From a virus (Duplodnaviria > Caudoviricetes), in the IMG/VR virus record IMGVR_UViG_3300029309_000018, positions 1,639 to 65,638 of that record: a stretch of DNA of 64,000 nt. The stretch is one strand, 5' to 3'. This document shows positions 55,525 to 64,000 of this stretch, one piece after another; position 1 is the stretch's first letter, and each line of letters starts with the position of its first letter. Made by a program: the position numbers and the translations under genes. The notes below the pieces were generated by a model. That model searched no databases. It worked only from the letters and a program-made list of their open reading frames with translations, and was not told the DNA's origin.

Positions 55525-58182
55525 TTAAAAGGTATTTGCATATCTGCTTGGTGGAAAATAAAACTCTTGCTCCATGTCACGTTTCATGCGCCGTTCCATT
55601 CTACGCAAGTAACCAGGGTTTGCTCGTTCCATCAATCCGTAAATAAACAAGTAATCTAAAGCTGTTTTTGTGTAAAACAAATTATAACCCGGTGTGTTGC
55701 TCACTGCAAAACGTGTAGCGTTTCTTGTAATTGCTTCAACATCTCCTGATAATACATTGCTGTATATTCTGTGTATGTCGTCTATTGACCCAAAGGTAGG
55801 GCCAAGCAACCCTTGCGATAAAGACTGACCATATTTGTTGTACTCGCCAAATAAAAAGTCTCCATATATACCCATACCGCCACCTTGAACCATAGCTTTT
55901 GTTAATAATTCTACGTTCAAAGCTGTCTCATCACTAAACACCTCTAACGGCTCTTTGCCTTTTACAATTTCTTTCAACTGCACTGACAGATAGCCCATCA
56001 TAGTTGCGCCAACCATCATCTGTGCCAGACCCACCATGCCGCTTGATGAAAACTGTTTCTCATTTGGAGCCATGCCAGCTAGTTGCTTTTTTGAATAATA
56101 TTGACCAGCCATACCCTTTGAAACGATGGTGATTGGGAAACCTTTTAACTGCATCATTGCTCTCAAGGCTTCGCCGATAATCGTACCTCTCGGTCTGCCT
56201 TGATTCATTATCGCACGTTCTTTTGCACCCGGAGTGGGAATAGCAGTATCGGCTGCGTCTGTAAGATATGTGGCTATCTTTGTTGACAAATCGTCACGGT
56301 ACTTGTCAATCATCGCCTGTGTGGGCTGTTTTAATTTACGTTTTCTAGTTTCGTTTACCTTTGCCAACGCCGCTTGTGCTATGCTTGAATCTGACAAAGC
56401 ATCAACCCCAGAAGATGTCATGTACTTGTTGCCATCAATAGCAGTGAGTTGCATCTGACGCATCAAGTTCCATTCTGTTTCGTTGATGCCATACCTTTGA
56501 AGATCAAACCTAGTTGCTGCCGGAATGTCACCAAAGCCTGTATCTGCGTATGTTGCGAGATCAGCCGCAAGCATTTTAGCAACACCAACTTTTTGTGCGT
56601 TGTTCCAATAGTTCATGCCATTGAGTCTAAAAAATATATTGTGTGCTTTTGCTAGTTTCCCCGGCCCACTATCATTTGCACCAAATCTAGCAAACACATC
56701 TCCGTTGTACCCATCAACACCCACGCCCAAAAGAAAAGCCAGTCGCTTTTGATCTTTTGAACTGTAGTTTCTAAATACATCACTAAACGCTCTGGCATAT
56801 GATGTGAAAATACCACGATCTGTACGCGAGTTTATAAATGATGCCTTACTCGCTATGTCAGAAAACGATGTAATCGTTGCCATTCCTAGCTTTGACATGT
56901 TCTGCAACATGCGCCAACCAGCCGCTATCCCAGCAAAATCTGCCCCAAACATAACAGGCCTTGCGGCCCCTCTTGCTCTTGTTGTGCCGTCTAGTTCGCT
57001 AAACTGATGATTTATGTTACCGATAAAAGATTCCTCTCTTTTGACAATTTTGTCTATTCGGTTTGCATTGTTTTTATTTACATCCTTCAAATCTTGTTTG
57101 ATTCGATCAAACATGGCTCTCGGATTTGTGCCAAACCTTTCCATCAAACCAATAGCTTGAGCATCATGTGTGATGCCATTCAATACAGCGTCAGCCAAAC
57201 TCATTCTGCTATATTTCTTCATGTAAGCATGAGCCGACTTGCCTGTTTTGAAATGTATGATACGGCTTTGGCTTAGTTTTTTTGCTAAGTTTGCTGGGCC
57301 AGTATATGATGCCAAACTGTCAGGCTGACCGTCATCACCTTTTAGAGAATCAACTTTACTGTGCTGACCAGACACTAAGTTATCCCACATATCACCTAAA
57401 AACTGCTCGTTTGTGTACGGCTCACCATTTTTTGTTGGTGGTTTGTTTTCAAATGTTTTGGGATCAAGCACATCTGGCTTTAACATGTATTCAACCCAAC
57501 TGTCCCTTGCAGCCTTTAACTCCTCATCTGTTTTAGCCCCAGCCCTCAACAATATTGGATCGTGTGACTGTCTTACGGCGTAGTTTTTCAACTCTGCAAT
57601 CATTGCGCCTTGCTGGTTTTTGCGCTTCAACATACGTTTTTGTGTAATCTGTATGATCTCTGCTATACGTTTTGCCTCTTTGCCGCCAGCTACATTGACA
57701 TCAAATCCCTCTGGGTCAAACATGGCTTCAAAGATCAACGGCTCCAACTCTTTGCTAACAAACAGTTTGTCTAATCTTTCATTGGTCAGAGCAGCCAACA
57801 TCTCCCCAGCGTGTTTGCTCATAATCGCCTGTTGACGCGCATCGACACTGTTCTGACCGCTTTCAGCGTATCTAAAGCTGCCAACCATTATGGCTGACAA
57901 AGCCTCTGCTGGGTCATCAGACTCAGAAACAAATCGCATTATATCAGCGTATGCTTTGGCGTTTAGCAATCGATTACGCTTCTGCATAACTGCATTGATT
58001 CTAGCTTGCTTGGCTATCTCTCTGGCAAGGTTGAAAACTTCTAGTTCTTCACCTTCGCCAGCGTTGTCAACTCGTTTTTGCAAACGCTCAGTAAGAACAT
58101 CAAAAACCTCTTGTGCCTCTTCATTATCAAGGACAACTCCGGCTTTCTTTGCGGCATCAATGATTTCTTGAACGCAACTCAT
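55525..58182 (-). CDS. Internal virion protein (large ejection protein)
   Basis: 885 aa helical; C-terminal QGGGMGIYGDFLF...PGYLRRMERRM. Confidence 0.7.
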   Translation of the reverse strand: MSCVQEIIDAAKKAGVVLDNEEAQEVFDVLTERLQKRVDNAGEGEELEVFNLAREIAKQARINAVMQKRNRLLNAKAYADIMRFVSESDDPAEALSAIMVGSFRYAESGQNSVDARQQAIMSKHAGEMLAALTNERLDKLFVSKELEPLIFEAMFDPEGFDVNVAGGKEAKRIAEIIQITQKRMLKRKNQQGAMIAELKNYAVRQSHDPILLRAGAKTDEELKAARDSWVEYMLKPDVLDPKTFENKPPTKNGEPYTNEQFLGDMWDNLVSGQHSKVDSLKGDDGQPDSLASYTGPANLAKKLSQSRIIHFKTGKSAHAYMKKYSRMSLADAVLNGITHDAQAIGLMERFGTNPRAMFDRIKQDLKDVNKNNANRIDKIVKREESFIGNINHQFSELDGTTRARGAARPVMFGADFAGIAAGWRMLQNMSKLGMATITSFSDIASKASFINSRTDRGIFTSYARAFSDVFRNYSSKDQKRLAFLLGVGVDGYNGDVFARFGANDSGPGKLAKAHNIFFRLNGMNYWNNAQKVGVAKMLAADLATYADTGFGDIPAATRFDLQRYGINETEWNLMRQMQLTAIDGNKYMTSSGVDALSDSSIAQAALAKVNETRKRKLKQPTQAMIDKYRDDLSTKIATYLTDAADTAIPTPGAKERAIMNQGRPRGTIIGEALRAMMQLKGFPITIVSKGMAGQYYSKKQLAGMAPNEKQFSSSGMVGLAQMMVGATMMGYLSVQLKEIVKGKEPLEVFSDETALNVELLTKAMVQGGGMGIYGDFLFGEYNKYGQSLSQGLLGPTFGSIDDIHRIYSNVLSGDVEAITRNATRFAVSNTPGYNLFYTKTALDYLFIYGLMERANPGYLRRMERRMKRDMEQEFYFPPSRYANTF

Positions 58183-58183
58183 G

Positions 58184-59974
58184 CTATCGCCTCAAAATAC
58201 AAGCCGCACCAGCGCGACTTATATCTTCATACTTGCTTGCTTTTTCATCTAATATAGCCGTGTCATCAATAGACTTTTTTAAGTCTGGTGGCAAAACCGC
58301 TTGCATCTCTTCATTTTGCAGATCTTCTTGTAATCGTGCGTTTTCAGCCTCAAAATCATTTAGATCAATCTCTTCCATTACAGGCTTATCAGCCGTCATC
58401 TCATCAACAGCGTCTTTGTGTTCGGCTAGTCTGCCAAGATTATCTGGTTGCATTTGTTGGTTTTCGGCTAAATCGTCTGCTTGTTGAGTCGTGAGAACTC
58501 CTTGCTCTGTATCCACAAGGTCAGAGACTTCTTGCAATTGAGTCTTTCGTGTTGCAATCTTTTCTTGCAGTTCTGCCAACTCCTTCATTTCTTTCATGTT
58601 TATTTTGTTCAGTCTTCGTCTTTCTAACGCCCCTTTGACTCCAGATGTTTCTGCTTTTTGTTGATTTCGTTTTTCTACATCTTGTCTAATTTTTTCAATT
58701 CGCGCCTCAAACCTAGCAATGTCATCAGAAAGAGCCTTTTCCATGTCTGGGTCTGCTGGACGCTCTACGGTTTTTCCATCTTTTCTGTCTATCTCAACTT
58801 CAGTTGCTTTTTTTTCTGTCCTAAGTTGCTCTGCCAACTCCATATCGTTCGCAAGTTCAGCACCCTCTATTCTTGCGGATAAGTTTTCAGCATTTAACTC
58901 AAGTTCTGCTTTGCTTAATGAGGACAAAGCGACAATATCACCAGTCAAAAAATCAACAACCTCAAAGTCCTCATCAAAAGGTGACTTGCCTCGCAAATCA
59001 CTAGCATCAAGTATTTTTTCTGTGCCATCTACATCACGCACAGTGATTGTGCCATCTTTGCTTATATCAACAACATCAACCGCCACAGTCGTTCCGTCAG
59101 ACTTATAAACAATCTTTTTGCCAGCACGTTCTTCGACCGTTGCCACATTGATTTTTTCTACGTTGTCTGTTAGAGGTGTTACTTCAATCTCTTTATCTGT
59201 TACGGCCTGTGTAATTGAAATCCTTTGCGCTTCATCTCTTGTTGCGGCTGGCAGTTTGTTGATCCTGTCAGATATTTTTCCAGCACCCCAATGCAGTCCA
59301 CCGCCAAGCGCAGAGCCTAGAGCCACGTTTAGAAAGCTGTCCATGAGGGTATAGTCGTCATCACCTTCTAAAGCTGCCGCGCCAATAACTAACGGCTCAA
59401 CCGCCACCGCGCCTATCGCGCCATCTATCGTGCCAGTAGCAAAACGACTGCCAGATGTCTTGCCATCAAGCCTTTGTCTTACTGCCCTTGCTGCACCAGC
59501 AGGTTTTATCTTAGCCGCCATTGTAGCCCCTCTAGCAACCGCTACAGAGGGTATAAAAGCAGACGCTATGTTTAGTGGGTCTAAAACGCTACCAGCCAGC
59601 GCAACGCCAAACTGTGCAGCGCCAAGGCCAATTCCACCCCTTGATCTACTCAGAGTAGTTTGAAAAGCAGATCTTTCATCATGTCTCTCAGCAAGCAAAG
59701 AAGCCAGGCCCTCAGTGATCCCATCCTGATTGATGTCCATGCCTTCTCTGTAATATTCGCTTTCTAAATATTCTTCTCTTGTAAGATGGCGGCCTTTTCT
59801 GCCTTGCCCTAACTTTTGATCTGCAATACGACCCAAAGCATTGAGAGGGTTGTAATACATAGTCTCTTCAAAAGTCGCACCCAACACATCTAGCGTGCCA
59901 GCCTTGGCGTTATCAAAGTATTGATCATGTACGTTTTGATCAAAGTTTTGCTCTGGAATATAAACGTCTACCAT
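58184..59974 (-). CDS. Internal virion protein
   Basis: 596 aa; DPLNIASAFIP hydrophobic segment, coiled coils. Confidence 0.65.
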   Translation of the reverse strand: MVDVYIPEQNFDQNVHDQYFDNAKAGTLDVLGATFEETMYYNPLNALGRIADQKLGQGRKGRHLTREEYLESEYYREGMDINQDGITEGLASLLAERHDERSAFQTTLSRSRGGIGLGAAQFGVALAGSVLDPLNIASAFIPSVAVARGATMAAKIKPAGAARAVRQRLDGKTSGSRFATGTIDGAIGAVAVEPLVIGAAALEGDDDYTLMDSFLNVALGSALGGGLHWGAGKISDRINKLPAATRDEAQRISITQAVTDKEIEVTPLTDNVEKINVATVEERAGKKIVYKSDGTTVAVDVVDISKDGTITVRDVDGTEKILDASDLRGKSPFDEDFEVVDFLTGDIVALSSLSKAELELNAENLSARIEGAELANDMELAEQLRTEKKATEVEIDRKDGKTVERPADPDMEKALSDDIARFEARIEKIRQDVEKRNQQKAETSGVKGALERRRLNKINMKEMKELAELQEKIATRKTQLQEVSDLVDTEQGVLTTQQADDLAENQQMQPDNLGRLAEHKDAVDEMTADKPVMEEIDLNDFEAENARLQEDLQNEEMQAVLPPDLKKSIDDTAILDEKASKYEDISRAGAACILRR

Positions 59975-62553
59975 TAAAACAACTTCTTTTGAGAAAATAT
60001 TTTGTTCAATCTGCCTTTAAGCACCCCCTCCATATCTCTGTATTGATCTGCCAATGGCAGTACAGAACTGAACGGAACGGATACAAACCCTGAGAAACCA
60101 TCCATCCCCTCTGGTGGAATCAAATCATCACTTGGCTTCATTGGCACTAGGTTGCCCAACTGATCTACAAGAAACACACCTTTGTTATCTACTGTGGTGC
60201 GCCACGATCCGCTGTTTCTCAAGTCCTGCAAGTATTCATTTTGGAAATCTTCTTCACTTCGCCCCTCTGGGGTTGCCGGAAAGATGATGCGACTTTTCAA
60301 ATAATCTTGATCCTCAAAAGCACTATGTTGTAACACGGTGCTTATGTCTCTTGCCCGATCAGATAGGGCTGTTGGCACTCTCATCTGTGAGTCGTTGATA
60401 TTTTCAAATACGAAATGATTGCCAATAACAGCTTCGTAAGCAATATTTACAGCTTCTTCTGGGTCTATTGTTCGTGTAGCCATCAAATGCTTGGCAGTGT
60501 TTGCAATCGTGTCCTGCATTTTTATGATATGTGACGTTCTATTGGCATCACCGCCCACACCTATAACACCATCTCTAATGCCGCCCATCACACTTGATGC
60601 GTAATCATCAACCGTATCACGCACTATTTCATCTACTTGGTTTCTTACATCACTGGTTAATTTAGCTTTTGCATTACTTATATTAGCTTCTTCGTTTCCA
60701 TCAACAACGCTTTGCATGTTGATTTGCTCTGGATATGCTGCTCTCAAATGCTCTGAGAAAGATATGACGTTTGATGACATCAAATGACGCATCACTCTGT
60801 TTTCGTTCTCAACGCCATATTGTTGAACAAACTGATCAAGAACTCTTGCCTTGTCCATAGATGTGTTGCCTTCAGCATTGTATTCCGCTTGAAATGCTGC
60901 GAGGTCTGCGTTTGATGTAACCCTTACATCCCCCGGCGCAACGCCCATTTGTAACTGCATGGTAACAAGTTCACTTGGAGTCTTTGGGTCATCTGGGCGT
61001 TTTTCATTATAGTAGCCAACAAAATTATCTTTTACAGCTTTGTTACGAGCAGCCAACCTTTCTTGTAAAATTTCGTAAGTCCTTGCGCCTTGCTCTGTGC
61101 CTCTATTAGCTTTGGCTTCATTTATTATTGCAGTTTGTTGAGCAACAGAACCAAACTCGATAGACAAAAAATCTGCGCCAGCAGACTTCATCGCCGCTAA
61201 CTCAACTCGCATTTTGTTAGCTTGGTCATATTGTTCAGCATTTTCTAAGCCCACAATAGCGGCAGCGGCTGCGTCCTCCTGTGCTTGAGTCAGCGTTCCA
61301 TCTTTGCTTGCGGCTAAGGCGGCTGATGTATCTCTTAATACTTGTTGTGAATCTGCCACCGCTTTAACGGCCTTGTCACGGATGCTTGCATTTATAAGGC
61401 TTTTAATTTTTTGTCTATCTTGGAAATCTGTAATATCTGGCGCAATAAGGAATTTACCGTCTGGGCCTGTTGCGGTTATTTGATCTTCCATATTTTGTAA
61501 TTGACCTAAAGAAGATTTGGCTATCTTTTTGTCAATAGAATTTAGGTTTGCACTTAGAGTTTCTGCTTTTTCGGAGTTTGCCCTCGCCTCAATTCTACTG
61601 ATAATTTTTCTTCTGTTCTCGGCTTTCATGTTTTGAAAATCAACAGAAACAAGTTCGCCCGCGTTGTTTTTGACATCTATTACCTTGCCATCCCTGATGT
61701 CTTGGATAACTTTGTCAACTTCGGCATCGTCTAAAAATGTTTCTGGAGACTCATTGACAAGCTGATCCATAATAGCCTGTACCTGTCTATCATCTACAAT
61801 CTTTTCTTGCGCTGTGATAGCAGCATCCCTCAAAGCGAATTGCTTTGCAGTCATATCAGGACGTTCTGCTGCTAGTGTACCGCGCATCCTGTCTATGTCA
61901 GCCTGTGTATCCGCTGACTGAATTTGATTTTCAAAGGCACTAGCCGACAGTTCTTTTCGATAACCGCCTTTATTATATTTCAAATTCAAACCTTGCGCTG
62001 CCCATCTATCAAAGCCATCATCAAGGTTTTGTTGTAACTGTTGATACAGCGCACTTGATTTATCAAGTCCACGCATTTGAGACATAGTGTCTTCAATAGT
62101 CGTGTTGACCTGATCTGCCCTGATTCTCTGATGTTTTGCAAAAGCCACCTGACTGCCTGTAGCAACCTTTGCGGCTACCGTCTTGTTAAATTCAGATTCA
62201 ACCTTTTGAAACTGTCTTTTTGTAAGTTTCTTGCGTAAAGGCTCTAAATTCTCTTGTCTTAGTTTTTTCTTATACGCTTCTGCATCATCTTGATATTGCT
62301 GAACAGTTGTGGCCTCTGATGAATTTGTAAAGTTGTTAAAGTTCTGATTGGTAGATGTAGCTATCTCTTGTTGTGCTTTTTCTGTTTCAGCTTCTTTCTC
62401 TGCCATGTGGAAGCGAAACTGAATATCAGATGCAGTTTTGCCCAAGCCAGCCAATGCCTGTCCGGGTGCTGTGAACGCGCCAACATTTGCGCGAGGCCCA
62501 AGCCCCCCAGTTGCTAATACTCCCTGTCTTTCAACCATCGGTATTTTAGGCAT
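59974..62553 (-). CDS. Internal virion protein
   Basis: 859 aa helical; MPKIP start typical of podovirus core proteins. Confidence 0.65.
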   Translation of the reverse strand: MPKIPMVERQGVLATGGLGPRANVGAFTAPGQALAGLGKTASDIQFRFHMAEKEAETEKAQQEIATSTNQNFNNFTNSSEATTVQQYQDDAEAYKKKLRQENLEPLRKKLTKRQFQKVESEFNKTVAAKVATGSQVAFAKHQRIRADQVNTTIEDTMSQMRGLDKSSALYQQLQQNLDDGFDRWAAQGLNLKYNKGGYRKELSASAFENQIQSADTQADIDRMRGTLAAERPDMTAKQFALRDAAITAQEKIVDDRQVQAIMDQLVNESPETFLDDAEVDKVIQDIRDGKVIDVKNNAGELVSVDFQNMKAENRRKIISRIEARANSEKAETLSANLNSIDKKIAKSSLGQLQNMEDQITATGPDGKFLIAPDITDFQDRQKIKSLINASIRDKAVKAVADSQQVLRDTSAALAASKDGTLTQAQEDAAAAAIVGLENAEQYDQANKMRVELAAMKSAGADFLSIEFGSVAQQTAIINEAKANRGTEQGARTYEILQERLAARNKAVKDNFVGYYNEKRPDDPKTPSELVTMQLQMGVAPGDVRVTSNADLAAFQAEYNAEGNTSMDKARVLDQFVQQYGVENENRVMRHLMSSNVISFSEHLRAAYPEQINMQSVVDGNEEANISNAKAKLTSDVRNQVDEIVRDTVDDYASSVMGGIRDGVIGVGGDANRTSHIIKMQDTIANTAKHLMATRTIDPEEAVNIAYEAVIGNHFVFENINDSQMRVPTALSDRARDISTVLQHSAFEDQDYLKSRIIFPATPEGRSEEDFQNEYLQDLRNSGSWRTTVDNKGVFLVDQLGNLVPMKPSDDLIPPEGMDGFSGFVSVPFSSVLPLADQYRDMEGVLKGRLNKIFSQKKLF

Positions 62554-62565
62554 ACTTCACCTCAA

Positions 62566-62988
62566 CTAAGCCATAAGATTTGCAGCTTTTTCGCCGCCTT
62601 CAAGTAAAGACTGATAAGAAGCCAGCTTCAATGCTGTTGCCCTTGATCTTCCTTCTGCTCTTGCCAGAGCAGCTTCTGATTTCTTTGCTGTCTGTTCAAT
62701 GTCGGCAGCGTAACGAATATCTAAAGCGTCCATTTCCGTGTTAAAATATGAATCAGCCAAAGCTTCCAAAGCACTGCCAGACATCTCAATCCCAGACGCA
62801 GCAGTGGTAACTCTCTGTGTGGCTATTGTGCGTTCAGAGGCTTTGCGTAAATTACTTTCTTCTCGCACCTTTGCGCGTCTTAAAATGACGGCTTCATTTT
62901 CAGCTACCTGTGCGTTAAACTCAGCAGTTTGCTGCGCTGCTTTTGCCGCCGCTTGATTGCCTTTGTAACTTAGAAAATCGCCAATCAT
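62566..62988 (-). CDS. Small internal virion protein (T7 gp14-like position)
   Basis: Ala-rich; QRVTTAASGIEMSGSALE. Confidence 0.6.
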   Translation of the reverse strand: MIGDFLSYKGNQAAAKAAQQTAEFNAQVAENEAVILRRAKVREESNLRKASERTIATQRVTTAASGIEMSGSALEALADSYFNTEMDALDIRYAADIEQTAKKSEAALARAEGRSRATALKLASYQSLLEGGEKAANLMA

Positions 62989-63410
62989 TATAACACCATT
63001 GACATCCTATGATAGTTTGAGCCATCTGGCCCATACTTGGGCATCATGCCTTCCTCTTTGAATCCTAGCCATATAGCAAATCTAATGGCCTCTGGGTCTA
63101 GTTCATGGATACTTGCCTGTACTCTGTGCAAGTCATTGTTTGCTATTATACCGTCAAACATCGTTTTTGCATATCGTGCAACTGACGTTTGCCATCTACC
63201 AGCGTGTTTCGACAACATACAGAAGCCTTCTCCAACGCCTTCCCATAACACATGGATGCCACCTATAGCCACCACTGTGTCACCCTGAATGACAGTGAAC
63301 GCATCAACTGTATCACCTGACTTGAACGCATCTTTGAATGACTTTGGTAAATCAAAGTTTGTTTCTATCCTAGCGACATGATCCGCGCTGAATTTAACTA
63401 CCTCAAGCAT
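62988..63410 (-). CDS. GNAT-fold protein (T7 gp13-like position)
   Basis: LWEGVGEG, HRVQA, RFAIWLGFKEEGMMPKYGPDG. Confidence 0.65.
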   Translation of the reverse strand: MLEVVKFSADHVARIETNFDLPKSFKDAFKSGDTVDAFTVIQGDTVVAIGGIHVLWEGVGEGFCMLSKHAGRWQTSVARYAKTMFDGIIANNDLHRVQASIHELDPEAIRFAIWLGFKEEGMMPKYGPDGSNYHRMSMVL

Positions 63411-64000
63411 CGAATGTGTTTGACCTTCTCATAATTGCTAAAACCGTCATAGGCAATGGTTGAGATTGTCTCACCACTACCCTAGCATCGTTCTCATACC
63501 CGGCTGGGAAACTTATCTCTTTGTCACCGTTGAACAACGGTACAGCCTCATCCATAGCCATGCTACTGTCACGGAATGGCAACCTGTCTAAACTGCCTGT
63601 GTTCGGCCCCATCTCCGCGCCAACCGTATTGAAGAATCTAACAGTTATACCATGTATCCGCTTGATCTTGCCTTGCGCTACGCCATCCTCTGCGCCAGCT
63701 TCTAGTCGCAACGTCTCTACAGTTGATCTAAAACCAAAACCGACATGTACCTTTGATGCGCTTCTATCCAAACTGATAGCACCACCTGACACTGTTTTGT
63801 CAGGATGCGTTGAGCCATCTGCCAACACAGACACAATTTCCCCCTCAAGGTGATTTAGCCCTGTGATGGTGCTTGTTGCTGTGCTGTCATATGTCAGGCC
63901 GCTATCTAAGAAGAAAGCATCCGTAACGTCTGTTCCAAACTCTATGGGCTTTAGAAACTCTACATGACGGACTGTACCACCGTTGATTTCACGCCTTACA
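63403..64000 (-). CDS. Tail tubular protein B, C-terminal part (runs off window end)
   Basis: Frame open to the window end: VRREINGGTVRHVEF...AFFLDSGLTY...GLNHLEGEIVSVLADG...QPLPMTVLAI. Confidence 0.8.
   Translation of the reverse strand, partial: VRREINGGTVRHVEFLKPIEFGTDVTDAFFLDSGLTYDSTATSTITGLNHLEGEIVSVLADGSTHPDKTVSGGAISLDRSASKVHVGFGFRSTVETLRLEAGAEDGVAQGKIKRIHGITVRFFNTVGAEMGPNTGSLDRLPFRDSSMAMDEAVPLFNGDKEISFPAGYENDARVVVRQSQPLPMTVLAIMRRSNTFDA

Noticed and set aside
1-64000. tRNA or rRNA genes
   Set aside because: No cloverleaf with a T-loop GTTCRA or rRNA-like segment was recognized in the intergenic regions by eye.

Overview
The window is tailed-phage DNA (podovirus-like, probably infecting a marine Alphaproteobacterium; the host is an inference). 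About 1-51 kb reads as one circularly permuted genome with five parts: (i) a minus-strand head/packaging module (terminase small and large subunits, portal, GroES, scaffold, major capsid, adaptors, many small Lys/Arg-rich proteins); (ii) a plus-strand early region (19-25 kb) with a MoxR-type ATPase/VWA pair, punctuated by three hammerhead ribozymes; (iii) a replication/recombination block (primase-helicase, RusA, Cas4-like exonuclease, Sak, SSB-like); (iv) a minus-strand block of ejection proteins, amidase, holin and nozzle; (v) within that block, a frameshifted giant LPD38 polyvalent protein. About 54-64 kb holds a second, redundant T7-like tail/internal-virion module, so the contig is probably chimeric. 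The main finding is at 31.6-33.4 kb: a solo Cas7/RAMP-like gene, a 430-nt non-coding array of G[G/T]Y-NN pentamers cut into mostly 49-nt units by GGCG anchors, and a partner gene. This looks like an RNA-guided system with a non-contiguous guide code (VIPR-like), not a CRISPR array. A 16-bp palindrome AAGTTAC-NN-GTAACTT occurs at least 12 times across 1.9-48.9 kb. All protein family calls come from motif recognition, not database searches.
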